Below, piece after piece: positions 1 to 7,826 of a stretch of 25,700 nucleotides of DNA. Under the pieces are notes generated by a model, which was not told the origin of the DNA, ran no database searches, and was given only the letters and a program-made list of their open reading frames with translations. Source of the DNA: a virus (Duplodnaviria; Caudoviricetes); the IMG/VR virus record IMGVR_UViG_3300020043_001642, positions 1 to 25,700 of that record; one strand, 5' to 3'. The stretch's first letter is position 1. Every line of letters begins with the position of its first letter. The position numbers and the translations under genes were made by a program.

Positions 1-1250
1 TTGCGTTTGAAGACCTCCTCGAAGGCTTCCAAGACGCGCTGGTTTTGTCTCGTCATGTCAACATCTACAACACAGATCAGACAATGATGGAACGCGCCAA
101 CAACACCATCTGGCGTCCCCAACCCTACATCGCTCAATCCATCAACAGCACTCCTGGCACGCCAATCTCTGGCTATCAGGGCATGACTCAGTTGGCAGTT
201 CCTGCCACTTTGGGCTTCAGCAAGACAGTGCCTTGGGAAATGACTACCCTCGAATTGCGCGATGCTTTGCAAGAAGGCCGTTTGGGTGAGTCTGCCAAGC
301 AAAAGCTGGCCAGCGACATCAACATCGCCATCATGAACTCTGCCGCTGGCTTGGGTTCTTTGGTTGTGCCTATCGCTGCTGCTGCTGGTGACTATGACGA
401 TGTCGCTTTGTGCGATGCCATCATGAATGAGCAAGGCGTGCCTGACTATGACCGTTTCTTGGCTTTGTCTAGCCGTGACTACAACGGTTTGGCTGGCAAC
501 TTGGTCGGCACTGCTCGCAGCTTTGGCAATCAAAAGTCTGACAAGGCTTATGAGCGCAGCTATGTTGGCATGGTTGCAGGTTTCGACACCTACAAGATGG
601 ACTACGCAAACCGTCAAGCAGCTGCTGCTGGTGGTGGCTCAATCACCATCGACACAAGCGGTGCAGGCACACAAGCCAACTACGCTCCTCAAGCCACTTC
701 CACAGCAGTGGGCGGCCAGATCAACGTGGACAACCGCTTCCAGACCGTGACTGTCTCCTCGACCACCAACGTGGCCGCTGGCGATGCATTCACAATCGGT
801 GGCGTGTACGCTGTGCACCACATCACCAAGCAAAGCACTGGCCAACTCAAGACATTCCGTGTCGTGAGCGTGACCAACAGCACCACAATGGTGATCACTC
901 CCCCGATCATTGGTGCTCAAAGCGTTGCCACTGATGCTCAGTTGCAATACAAGAACGTGGAAGTGTCTGCACCATCCAACACAGCCGCCATCACCTTCTT
1001 GAACGTGAACGCAGCTTCTGTCAACGTGTTCTGGCAGCGTGATTCCTTGGAAATCTTGCCTGGCCGTTACGCAGTGCCTTCTGACGCTGGTGTCGCAGTT
1101 TTGCGTGCATCTACCGATCAAGGTATTGAGTTGGTCTTGCAGAAGTTCTATGACATCGATAGCATGACCATCAAGTACCGCATGGACACATTGTTCGGTG
1201 TGGTAAACAAGAACCCCGAGATGTCCGGCATCTTGTTGTTCAACCAGTAA
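1..1250 (+). CDS. P22-like major capsid (coat) protein, 5'-truncated by the window edge
   Basis: Frame is open from position 3 (AFEDLLEGFQDALVLSRHV...), so the ORF-track start at 45 is not the real start. IWRPQP, QKLASDIN and C-terminal RMDTLFGVVNKNPEMSG resemble the P22 coat family. Followed by a strong terminator and gp4/gp10-like genes. Confidence 0.9.
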   Translation, partial: AFEDLLEGFQDALVLSRHVNIYNTDQTMMERANNTIWRPQPYIAQSINSTPGTPISGYQGMTQLAVPATLGFSKTVPWEMTTLELRDALQEGRLGESAKQKLASDINIAIMNSAAGLGSLVVPIAAAAGDYDDVALCDAIMNEQGVPDYDRFLALSSRDYNGLAGNLVGTARSFGNQKSDKAYERSYVGMVAGFDTYKMDYANRQAAAAGGGSITIDTSGAGTQANYAPQATSTAVGGQINVDNRFQTVTVSSTTNVAAGDAFTIGGVYAVHHITKQSTGQLKTFRVVSVTNSTTMVITPPIIGAQSVATDAQLQYKNVEVSAPSNTAAITFLNVNAASVNVFWQRDSLEILPGRYAVPSDAGVAVLRASTDQGIELVLQKFYDIDSMTIKYRMDTLFGVVNKNPEMSGILLFNQ

Positions 1251-1265
1251 TCTGGCCAAAAGACT

Positions 1266-1288
1266 GGGGGGCTTCGGCCCCCCTTTTT
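1266..1288 (+). terminator. Rho-independent terminator after the capsid gene
   Basis: GGGGGGC-TTCG-GCCCCCC stem with a C(UUCG)G tetraloop followed by TTTTT. Confidence 0.92.
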
Positions 1289-1304
1289 CCAATAGGAGAT
1301 CACC

Positions 1305-1475
1305 ATGCCATTGACCAAAGGTTATTCAAGCAAATCCATCGGCAAGAACATCAAAGCCGAGAAAAAAGCAGGCAAGCCAATGAAGCAGGCTGTGGCCATT
1401 GCTTTGAACGTTGCCACCAAAGCAGCCAAGGCAGCAGGCAAGCCCAGCAAAGCGCCAAAGAAAGCCATGAAATGA
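1305..1475 (+). CDS. Small Lys/Ala-rich basic protein (56 aa), absent from the ORF track
   Basis: AGGAG RBS at 1294-1298; hand translation MPLTKGYSSKSIGKNIKAEKKAGKPMKQAVAIALNVATKAAKAAGKPSKAPKKAMK*; ATGA overlap with the next gene. Confidence 0.85.
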   Translation: MPLTKGYSSKSIGKNIKAEKKAGKPMKQAVAIALNVATKAAKAAGKPSKAPKKAMK

Positions 1476-1648
1476 AGGCCGGTCTATACGCAAACATTCA
1501 CGCAAAGCGTGAGCGCATTGCAGACCAGAAGGCCGCAGGCAAAACCCCTGAGCGCATGCGCAAGCCTGGCACAAAGGGCGCACCTACTGCCGCAGCGTTC
1601 AAAGCAGCCGCCAAGACTGCCAAGCCAATGAAAAAGAAGGCCAAGTGA
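1472..1648 (+). CDS. Small basic protein (58 aa), absent from the ORF track
   Basis: Hand translation MKAGLYANIHAKRERIADQKAAGKTPERMRKPGTKGAPTAAAFKAAAKTAKPMKKKAK*; coupled by ATGA and TGATG overlaps on both sides. Confidence 0.85.
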   Translation: MKAGLYANIHAKRERIADQKAAGKTPERMRKPGTKGAPTAAAFKAAAKTAKPMKKKAK

Positions 1649-1956
1649 TGCAAGATAACATCCTCGTTCCAAAATACCGTAAGAACAAGAAACCAGTCAA
1701 GGTTCGCAAGCCATCAAAGCCAATTGATGGGATCAACCACCGACTGCTGGCCGAGCAAGCTGCCGCAGCAGAAGCTCAAGCTCAAGCTCAAGCTCAAGAA
1801 GTATTGGACATTGAGCCAGTCGATGACTCAGCGCCAACGCGAGAAGAACTAGAGACCAAGGCCACTGAACTCGGAATTCGTTTTGATGGTCGCACAAAAG
1901 ACAAAAAACTGGGACAATTGATCCAAGATAGATTGTCTGAGAACACAGGAGAATGA
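1648..1956 (+). CDS. Hypothetical protein: basic N-terminus, AQ repeat, C-terminal helix-extension-helix-like motif
   Basis: ATG at 1648 overlaps the upstream stop (TGATG); C-terminal TREELETKATELGIRFDGRTKDKKLGQLI resembles HeH/LEM-type phage modules. Confidence 0.75.
   Translation: MQDNILVPKYRKNKKPVKVRKPSKPIDGINHRLLAEQAAAAEAQAQAQAQEVLDIEPVDDSAPTREELETKATELGIRFDGRTKDKKLGQLIQDRLSENTGE
1774..1797 (+). repeat. (GCTCAA)4 in-frame hexanucleotide repeat encoding AQAQAQAQ
   Basis: Four exact tandem copies read directly from the sequence. Confidence 0.9.
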
Positions 1957-1957
1957 C

Positions 1958-2440
1958 ATGGGATGGACCAAGCGCCAATTCGTCGCACAGGCCTTTGAGG
2001 AAATTGGCCTTGCCTCCTACGTCTTTGATCTGACTCCAGAGCAGTTGCAGTCTGCCCTTCGCAGACTCGACACGATGATTGCTGCATGGAATGCCTTTGG
2101 CATTCGCTTGGGCTATCCACTGCCATCAAGTCCACAAGACAGTGATCTGGATGAGCAGACCAACGTGCCTGACAGCTCGAACGAGGCCATCTACACAAAC
2201 TTGGCCATCAAGCTGGCACCAAGTTACGGCAAGCAGGTCATGCCAGACACCAAGGCCACGGCTAAAGAGTCATACAACACATTGCTGTCGCGTGCGGCCA
2301 TGCCAATGGAACAACAACTGCCAAGCACAATGCCAGCAGGCGCAGGCAACAAGCCTTGGCGCGTATACGACAATCCTTTCATCCGTCCGCCAGTCGATCC
2401 AGTCTTGGCAGGTCAAGATGGCCCACTAGAATTCAACTGA
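1958..2440 (+). CDS. P22 gp4-like head-to-tail adaptor (tail accessory factor)
   Basis: 160 aa; motifs ALRRLDTMIAAW...LGY, NLAIKLAPSYG and MPAGAGNK; position between coat and gp10-like gene; AGGAG RBS. Confidence 0.85.
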   Translation: MGWTKRQFVAQAFEEIGLASYVFDLTPEQLQSALRRLDTMIAAWNAFGIRLGYPLPSSPQDSDLDEQTNVPDSSNEAIYTNLAIKLAPSYGKQVMPDTKATAKESYNTLLSRAAMPMEQQLPSTMPAGAGNKPWRVYDNPFIRPPVDPVLAGQDGPLEFN

Positions 2441-2452
2441 GGAAACACAATC

Positions 2453-2908
2453 ATGCCAACCATCAATCAACTATCAGGCATCAGCCAAGTATCTGGCGGT
2501 GATCTGCTTCCGGTTTACGTCTCAAACAATGGCGATGCTCGCAAGGTTTCAATCACGCAACTGTTGCAATACTTCCAACAGACATTTGCTGCACCTACCG
2601 TGGCCACCAATCTCTACACACCGAGTACTGGCTTCAACATCACAGTTCCAACACCAACCAGCGAACAGCAATGGATGATCATTCAGCCTGCTGGCACTCT
2701 GGCCGCAGGCACAGTGACGCTGCCATTGAACACTGGCGTGCCAGACGGCACTCAGGTGCTTATCACCACCACTCAGATCATCACCAGCTTCACACTGGCG
2801 GTCAATGGCGCGGCCAATGCATTCGGTGCACCAACGACATTGGCAGCCAATGCCTTCTTCACAATGCGCTTCTATCAAGCCACAAACAGCTGGTATCGAG
2901 TCGCATAA
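2453..2908 (+). CDS. Hypothetical virion-associated protein (Thr-rich, beta-rich)
   Basis: GAGG RBS; 151 aa ORF in the structural operon ending in WYRVA. Confidence 0.7.
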   Translation: MPTINQLSGISQVSGGDLLPVYVSNNGDARKVSITQLLQYFQQTFAAPTVATNLYTPSTGFNITVPTPTSEQQWMIIQPAGTLAAGTVTLPLNTGVPDGTQVLITTTQIITSFTLAVNGAANAFGAPTTLAANAFFTMRFYQATNSWYRVA

Positions 2909-2910
2909 TC

Positions 2911-3195
2911 ATGGCCACCAAAGACTCAAGACTCGCTCGCGTTGGTGTGGAAGGCTACAACAAGCCTAAGCGCACACCATCGCATCCGACCAAAAGCCAC
3001 GTTGTCGTGGCCAAGGCAGGCGACCAAGTGAAGACAATTCGCTTTGGTCAACAAGGCGTGTCTGGGTCTCCAAAGAAGGAAGGCGAGTCAAAAGCAGACA
3101 AAACTCGTCGAGAATCATTCAAAGCCAGACATGCTGAGAACATTGCCAAGGGCAAGATGAGCGCAGCGTACTGGAGTAATCGCGTGAAGTGGTAA
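2911..3195 (+). CDS. Small basic hypothetical protein (94 aa)
   Basis: Likely true start is ATG 2911 (MATKDSRLARVGV...KMSAAYWSNRVKW), just after the upstream stop; the ORF-track extension to 2671 overlaps the previous gene. Confidence 0.8.
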   Translation: MATKDSRLARVGVEGYNKPKRTPSHPTKSHVVVAKAGDQVKTIRFGQQGVSGSPKKEGESKADKTRRESFKARHAENIAKGKMSAAYWSNRVKW

Positions 3196-3198
3196 GCC

Positions 3199-4611
3199 AT
3201 GCAAATTCCAATCCTAAACGGCATCTACGCTGACAACACACCAGAGTTGCGCACAGCCTATCCTGTGAACATGATGCCAGTGCCAAAGCAGTCTGGCATC
3301 AGCAATGGATTCCTGCGTCCAGGCGATGGCATTGTGGCCAACGGCACAGGACCAGGCATTGACCGTGGCGGCATTAACTGGAACGGTATCTGCTATCGAG
3401 TCATGGGCACAAAACTCGTGACTGTATCCAGCAATGGCACAGTCACAACTTTGGGCGATGTTGGTGGGCCAACAAACGAGCTGGTGACATTTGACTACAG
3501 TTTCGATCTGCTGGGCATTGCATCCGGTGGTCGTTTGTACTTCTGGAATCCATCAACCAGCACACTCACTCAGAACACCGATCCAGACCTTGGTGTGGTG
3601 CTTGATTTTTGCTGGGTAGACGGTTACTTCATGACAACCGATGGCGAGTTTTTGATCGTCACAGAGCTGTCCAATCCTCTGGCTGTCAATCCATTGAAAT
3701 ATGGCAGCTCAGAAGTTGACCCTGATCCTGTGGTGGCACTGCTAAAACTGCGCAATGAGGTCTACGCACTCAACAGCAACACCATTGAGGTGTTCGACAA
3801 CGTTGGTGGAGAACTTTTTCCATTCGCACGTATTGATGGCGCACAAATCCAAAAAGGTGTAATTGGCACGTTTGCATGTTGCGTCTATCTTGAGCGTATT
3901 GCATTCATGGGCGGAGGCCGTAATGAAGCGCCATCCATTTACATTGGCGCAGCAGCAACTACACAAAAACTCAGCACTCAGGAAATTGATAATTTATTGC
4001 TGACCTACACAGAAGCACAGTTGTCCACATCCAAGTTGGAAGCACGCAACGACAAGAATCATCAGCATCTTTATGTCCACTTGCCAGATCGCACAATCGT
4101 CTATGACGCATCAGCATCTGAGGCATTGGGTGAGCCGGTCTGGTTTACGCTGACCACCAGCGTGGTTGACTTTTCTCAGTATCGTGCACGCAACATGGTC
4201 TGGTGCTACGACAAATGGTTGGTTGGCGATCCACAATCCAGTGCCATTGGTTACTTTGTGCAAAACACAGGCCACCATTGGGGTCAGCAAGTGCGATGGG
4301 AATTTGGAACACTCATTGTCTACAACGAGAGCAATGGCGCGATCTTCAACGAGCTAGAACTGGTCAGTTTGACCGGAAGCGTGGCCATTGGGAAAAACCC
4401 ACAGATTAGCACCAGCTACAGCATTGATGGCAAGTCATGGAGTCAAGATCGCAGCATCTCAGTTGGCACCACAGGCAACACAGCAAAGCGCCTAGCATGG
4501 TTTCAACAAGGCCACATGCGCAACTGGCGCATCCAGCGCTTCCGTGGTGACAGCGATGCCCATGTGTCATTTGTTCGGCTAGAAGCCCAGATCGAGGCAT
4601 TGGTGTACTGA
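3199..4611 (+). CDS. P22 gp10-like packaged-DNA stabilization / tail hub protein
   Basis: 470 aa, begins MQIPILNG; WVDGYF, SSEVDPDPVV and TIEVFDNVG motifs; size and position match P22 gp10. Confidence 0.88.
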   Translation: MQIPILNGIYADNTPELRTAYPVNMMPVPKQSGISNGFLRPGDGIVANGTGPGIDRGGINWNGICYRVMGTKLVTVSSNGTVTTLGDVGGPTNELVTFDYSFDLLGIASGGRLYFWNPSTSTLTQNTDPDLGVVLDFCWVDGYFMTTDGEFLIVTELSNPLAVNPLKYGSSEVDPDPVVALLKLRNEVYALNSNTIEVFDNVGGELFPFARIDGAQIQKGVIGTFACCVYLERIAFMGGGRNEAPSIYIGAAATTQKLSTQEIDNLLLTYTEAQLSTSKLEARNDKNHQHLYVHLPDRTIVYDASASEALGEPVWFTLTTSVVDFSQYRARNMVWCYDKWLVGDPQSSAIGYFVQNTGHHWGQQVRWEFGTLIVYNESNGAIFNELELVSLTGSVAIGKNPQISTSYSIDGKSWSQDRSISVGTTGNTAKRLAWFQQGHMRNWRIQRFRGDSDAHVSFVRLEAQIEALVY

Positions 4612-5561
4612 TGGCAACCGCACCAACATCCAGAAGACTCAACCTGACGCGAGATCAGCTCGCGGCATTTTTGACTGATCAGCAACAGATCAGGCAGTTT
4701 GAACTACTATTTTCTGTCGTGGATGAGTTGCAGGTGATTGTCGGAACAGACTTCGAGTATCAAGCAGACACAGCAGCGGCCACAGCAAACGAGGCACTGG
4801 CGCAGATCAGCAGGCTTGCTCAAGTCTTAGACTTAGTGGCAACTGCACCAGTCATCGAAAACAACAACTCGGTGGCCACCGATTACATTGATTTCAACAG
4901 CAATGCTCCTTATCCTGTTAACAAGGTTGGCAGACTGCATTGGAATGGTGGATACACACTCAATTTGGATATGACACCAGATGTCAATCAATCCATTGGT
5001 GAGGCGCAGTATTACTACATCAAAGCCTCGGCAGCCATTGCCAAAGGCGAACTGGTGATGTTTGATGGCTCAGTTGGTGCGTCTGGCGTGCTCAAAGGCA
5101 AGCCTTCGACTGGCGTGACAAATGGCCAGCTCATCATGGGCGTGGCCGCAGAAGCCATTGCACTCAATGGATTCGGTCTAGTCTCCAGCTTCGGTCTGGT
5201 GCGAGGCTTCAACACCACAGGCAGCCCTTATGGTGAGGTCTGGGCAGACGGTGACATTTTGTACTACAACCCATCATTTGCTGGTGGATTGACAAAAACA
5301 CAGCCAACAGCTCCACTACCTCACATCGTTGTGGCTGCGGTAGTCAATGCAGCCACAGCAGGGTCTGGCTCAGTTTTTGTCAGAGTTCAGGCCGAGCCAT
5401 TGGTCAGCCAACTCTCTGACGTTTATGCACCAACACCGGCAAATGGGGATGTCCTCGTTTACGATGGAGTCCAATTACGTTGGGAAAATGGCCCAGTGCC
5501 AGCCTCAAGCCTTCCAGCTTCTGTCAAATCTAACTTGGTGCTCACATGGCTTTCGATGTAA
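4611..5561 (+). CDS. Putative tail needle/short fibre protein (P22 gp26 position)
   Basis: TGATG-coupled to gp10-like gene; helical N-terminus, Gly-rich beta C-terminal domain and a fibre-type LSDV...NGDVLVYDG...WEN motif. Confidence 0.6.
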   Translation: MATAPTSRRLNLTRDQLAAFLTDQQQIRQFELLFSVVDELQVIVGTDFEYQADTAAATANEALAQISRLAQVLDLVATAPVIENNNSVATDYIDFNSNAPYPVNKVGRLHWNGGYTLNLDMTPDVNQSIGEAQYYYIKASAAIAKGELVMFDGSVGASGVLKGKPSTGVTNGQLIMGVAAEAIALNGFGLVSSFGLVRGFNTTGSPYGEVWADGDILYYNPSFAGGLTKTQPTAPLPHIVVAAVVNAATAGSGSVFVRVQAEPLVSQLSDVYAPTPANGDVLVYDGVQLRWENGPVPASSLPASVKSNLVLTWLSM

Positions 5562-5881
5562 TCACACCCACAAAACTTGGTCAAGCAGCCATCACCACTG
5601 GCGTGACCACGCTGTACACCGTACCGGCCAGTACTCGCACGCTGCTCAAAGAGTTCAGCATTGCCAACACCACGGCAGCGGCCATCAATGTGCGCGTGTT
5701 CTTGGTCCCATCCGCAGGATCGGCAGGCACTGGAAATGCATTCCTTTACGATGTGCCAGTACCAGGTAACAACACTTTGCAATATAACGGCATTGAGGTG
5801 CTGAACGCAGGTGACACAATCCAGATTCAGGCGGCATCTGCTGGCCTGACCATCATCGCAAGCGGTGGCGAAGCCACATAA
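5546..5881 (+). CDS. Small beta-rich virion protein, paralog A
   Basis: 111 aa; aligns by eye with 5892..6227. Confidence 0.75.
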   Translation: MAFDVITPTKLGQAAITTGVTTLYTVPASTRTLLKEFSIANTTAAAINVRVFLVPSAGSAGTGNAFLYDVPVPGNNTLQYNGIEVLNAGDTIQIQAASAGLTIIASGGEAT

Positions 5882-5891
5882 GGAGAATGAA

Positions 5892-6227
5892 ATGACCGTA
5901 TCAATCAAGGTGCTTATCCCACCAAAGCAGGCTGAAAACTCTCAGACCACGCAGTACACAGCGACAAACTGTAAGGCGATCATTGACAAGTTCACGATCA
6001 CCAACACCAGCGCAGGAAATGTGACAATCAGCGTTAACTTGGTGACAAGTGGTGGCAGTGCTGGCGCATCAAACCTGATCATGGACACACGCGCCATCGC
6101 ACCTGATGAGACGTATACCTGCCCCGAGCTGGTTGGCCAAGCGCTTGAGTCTGGCAGCTTCATCAGCACCATTGCCAGCGCAGCCACCTCGCTAACCATC
6201 CGCGCATCTGGCCGCGAAATCACTTAA
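5892..6227 (+). CDS. Small beta-rich virion protein, paralog B
   Basis: AGGAG at 5881-5885 supports ATG 5892 (MTVSIKVLIP...ASGREIT). Confidence 0.8.
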   Translation: MTVSIKVLIPPKQAENSQTTQYTATNCKAIIDKFTITNTSAGNVTISVNLVTSGGSAGASNLIMDTRAIAPDETYTCPELVGQALESGSFISTIASAATSLTIRASGREIT

Positions 6228-6241
6228 TCAAGGAGAACAGC

Positions 6242-6643
6242 ATGGACAAATTCATGATGATGCCCAAGGGCTTTATGGGCTTGCCAATGGAGGAAGAATT
6301 CATCAGCACAGCCGAAAACAAGAAGAACACCCAGATCGCCATCGACGACTGGATGCTTGGCCCTGAGAATCCAAGCAACGAGCCAACGGCCAACAAAACT
6401 TATTGGCTGGCTCTTGGCAAAGCCATGCAAGTGGACGAAAAAGAGGCTCGTCGTCGTCGTTGCTCGAACTGCGAGTACTACGACAACAGCACCATGACAC
6501 AGGCAAAAATGGAGCGCATTCCTCGTAATGACTGGGATACTGATGCCGGTTTCCGTGGTTACTGCACCAAATTCGAGTTCATCTGCCATGACTTGCGCGT
6601 CTGTCAAGCATGGGAAGAACGTGAATTTGAAATGGAAGATTGA
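6242..6643 (+). CDS. Cys-rich hypothetical protein, possible metal or Fe-S binding
   Basis: AAGGAG RBS; CSNCEYY...GYCTKFEFICHDLRVCQAW. Confidence 0.75.
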   Translation: MDKFMMMPKGFMGLPMEEEFISTAENKKNTQIAIDDWMLGPENPSNEPTANKTYWLALGKAMQVDEKEARRRRCSNCEYYDNSTMTQAKMERIPRNDWDTDAGFRGYCTKFEFICHDLRVCQAWEEREFEMED

Positions 6644-6721
6644 CCAAATGCCAAAATGTGGGAAAATAGAGCCGCTGAGTCTATCGGGCCACCAGCAGCT
6701 CACCCTTAACAGGAGTTGCAC

Positions 6722-7171
6722 ATGATTGGTATCGAATGGCTCAAGGAGAACCTGCAAAGGGTTTTCATGCTGCCTGCGCCAGTCGTGGAATGGCTTGTCA
6801 TGGTTTACGATGCCATTCAGGTGTTTGACGATATTGCCGATGGCGATACGGTTGAGCGCAAAGACCTGAATGCAACCATCTGGAACACTCTGGTTGGAAT
6901 GCATCAAAACCAATTTTTTATCACAAACAGCCATCATCTCGTGCCTTTGCTGGCAACAGCAATCATGAAGTGGCAAGCCTCCGACCATGCCGAGCGTGCT
7001 GGTAATGCCGATGCCAGATCATTCGTCTGGCGTGCAGGCTACTACGACCTGATTTTAATGGCCGTCTCGCTCACGCATGGCCCAGGCTTTGCTACAAAGA
7101 ATGCTCATCTTGTCATGGAGTTATATGGCGAGAAATTTGAAGACTACATGAAGGAGTTCGGCAATGCCTGA
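6722..7171 (+). CDS. Helical protein with a DDxxD motif (isoprenoid synthase/prenyltransferase-like)
   Basis: AGGAG at 6711-6715, ATG 6722; QVFDDIADGD follows a hydrophobic helix. The ORF is solid, the function is inferred. Confidence 0.6.
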   Translation: MIGIEWLKENLQRVFMLPAPVVEWLVMVYDAIQVFDDIADGDTVERKDLNATIWNTLVGMHQNQFFITNSHHLVPLLATAIMKWQASDHAERAGNADARSFVWRAGYYDLILMAVSLTHGPGFATKNAHLVMELYGEKFEDYMKEFGNA

Positions 7172-7814
7172 TCCAGTCACAGCCCTAGTTGTTGGTGGAA
7201 CCCAACTCGTCGGAAGTTCAATGCAAGCCAGCGCAGCTGGTGAAGCCGCAGGTATCCAAGCAGGTGCAGCGCAACAAGGCATTGAAGAACAGCGTCGACA
7301 GTTTGATGCACTGCAAGCATTACTCAAGCCCTACACAGAAGCAGGCCTTCCAGCACTCGAAGCACAGCAAGCATTCCTTGGTCTAAAAGGACCAGAGGCA
7401 GAACGTGCGGCCATCGAGCGAATCACAGGCGGTGAAACATTCCAAGCACTTGCTGGTCAAGGTGAAGAGGCATTGCTTCAGCGTGCATCGGCCACTGGCG
7501 GACTACGTGGTGGCAATATCCAAGGCGCACTGGCTCAGTTCCGGCCACAGCTCCTTTCTAGCCTCATCGAACAGCAATATGGTCGCTTGGGCGGCATGAC
7601 ACAACTAGGCCAGCGCTCTGCTGCCGGTGTTGGAGCTGCTGGCATGGAGACAGGCACAAATGTGGCAAACTTGCTGTCTCAGCAAGGTTCGGCTTTGGCT
7701 GGTGGCGAACTTGGCCAAGCCAAGGCTTATGGCCAGCTTTTCAATCTTCCTGCTCAAATGCTTGGTTTTCAGTATGGCGCAGGCGGTAAGGCTGGCGTTG
7801 GTTTTGGGTTCTAA
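7164..7814 (+). CDS. DNA ejection/transfer protein 1 (P22 gp7-like)
   Basis: Gly/Ala/Gln-rich 216 aa; LKPYTEAG and ASATGGLRGGN motifs; first of three ejection-slot genes. Confidence 0.8.
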   Translation: MPDPVTALVVGGTQLVGSSMQASAAGEAAGIQAGAAQQGIEEQRRQFDALQALLKPYTEAGLPALEAQQAFLGLKGPEAERAAIERITGGETFQALAGQGEEALLQRASATGGLRGGNIQGALAQFRPQLLSSLIEQQYGRLGGMTQLGQRSAAGVGAAGMETGTNVANLLSQQGSALAGGELGQAKAYGQLFNLPAQMLGFQYGAGGKAGVGFGF

Positions 7815-7826
7815 AAGGAAAACAAT

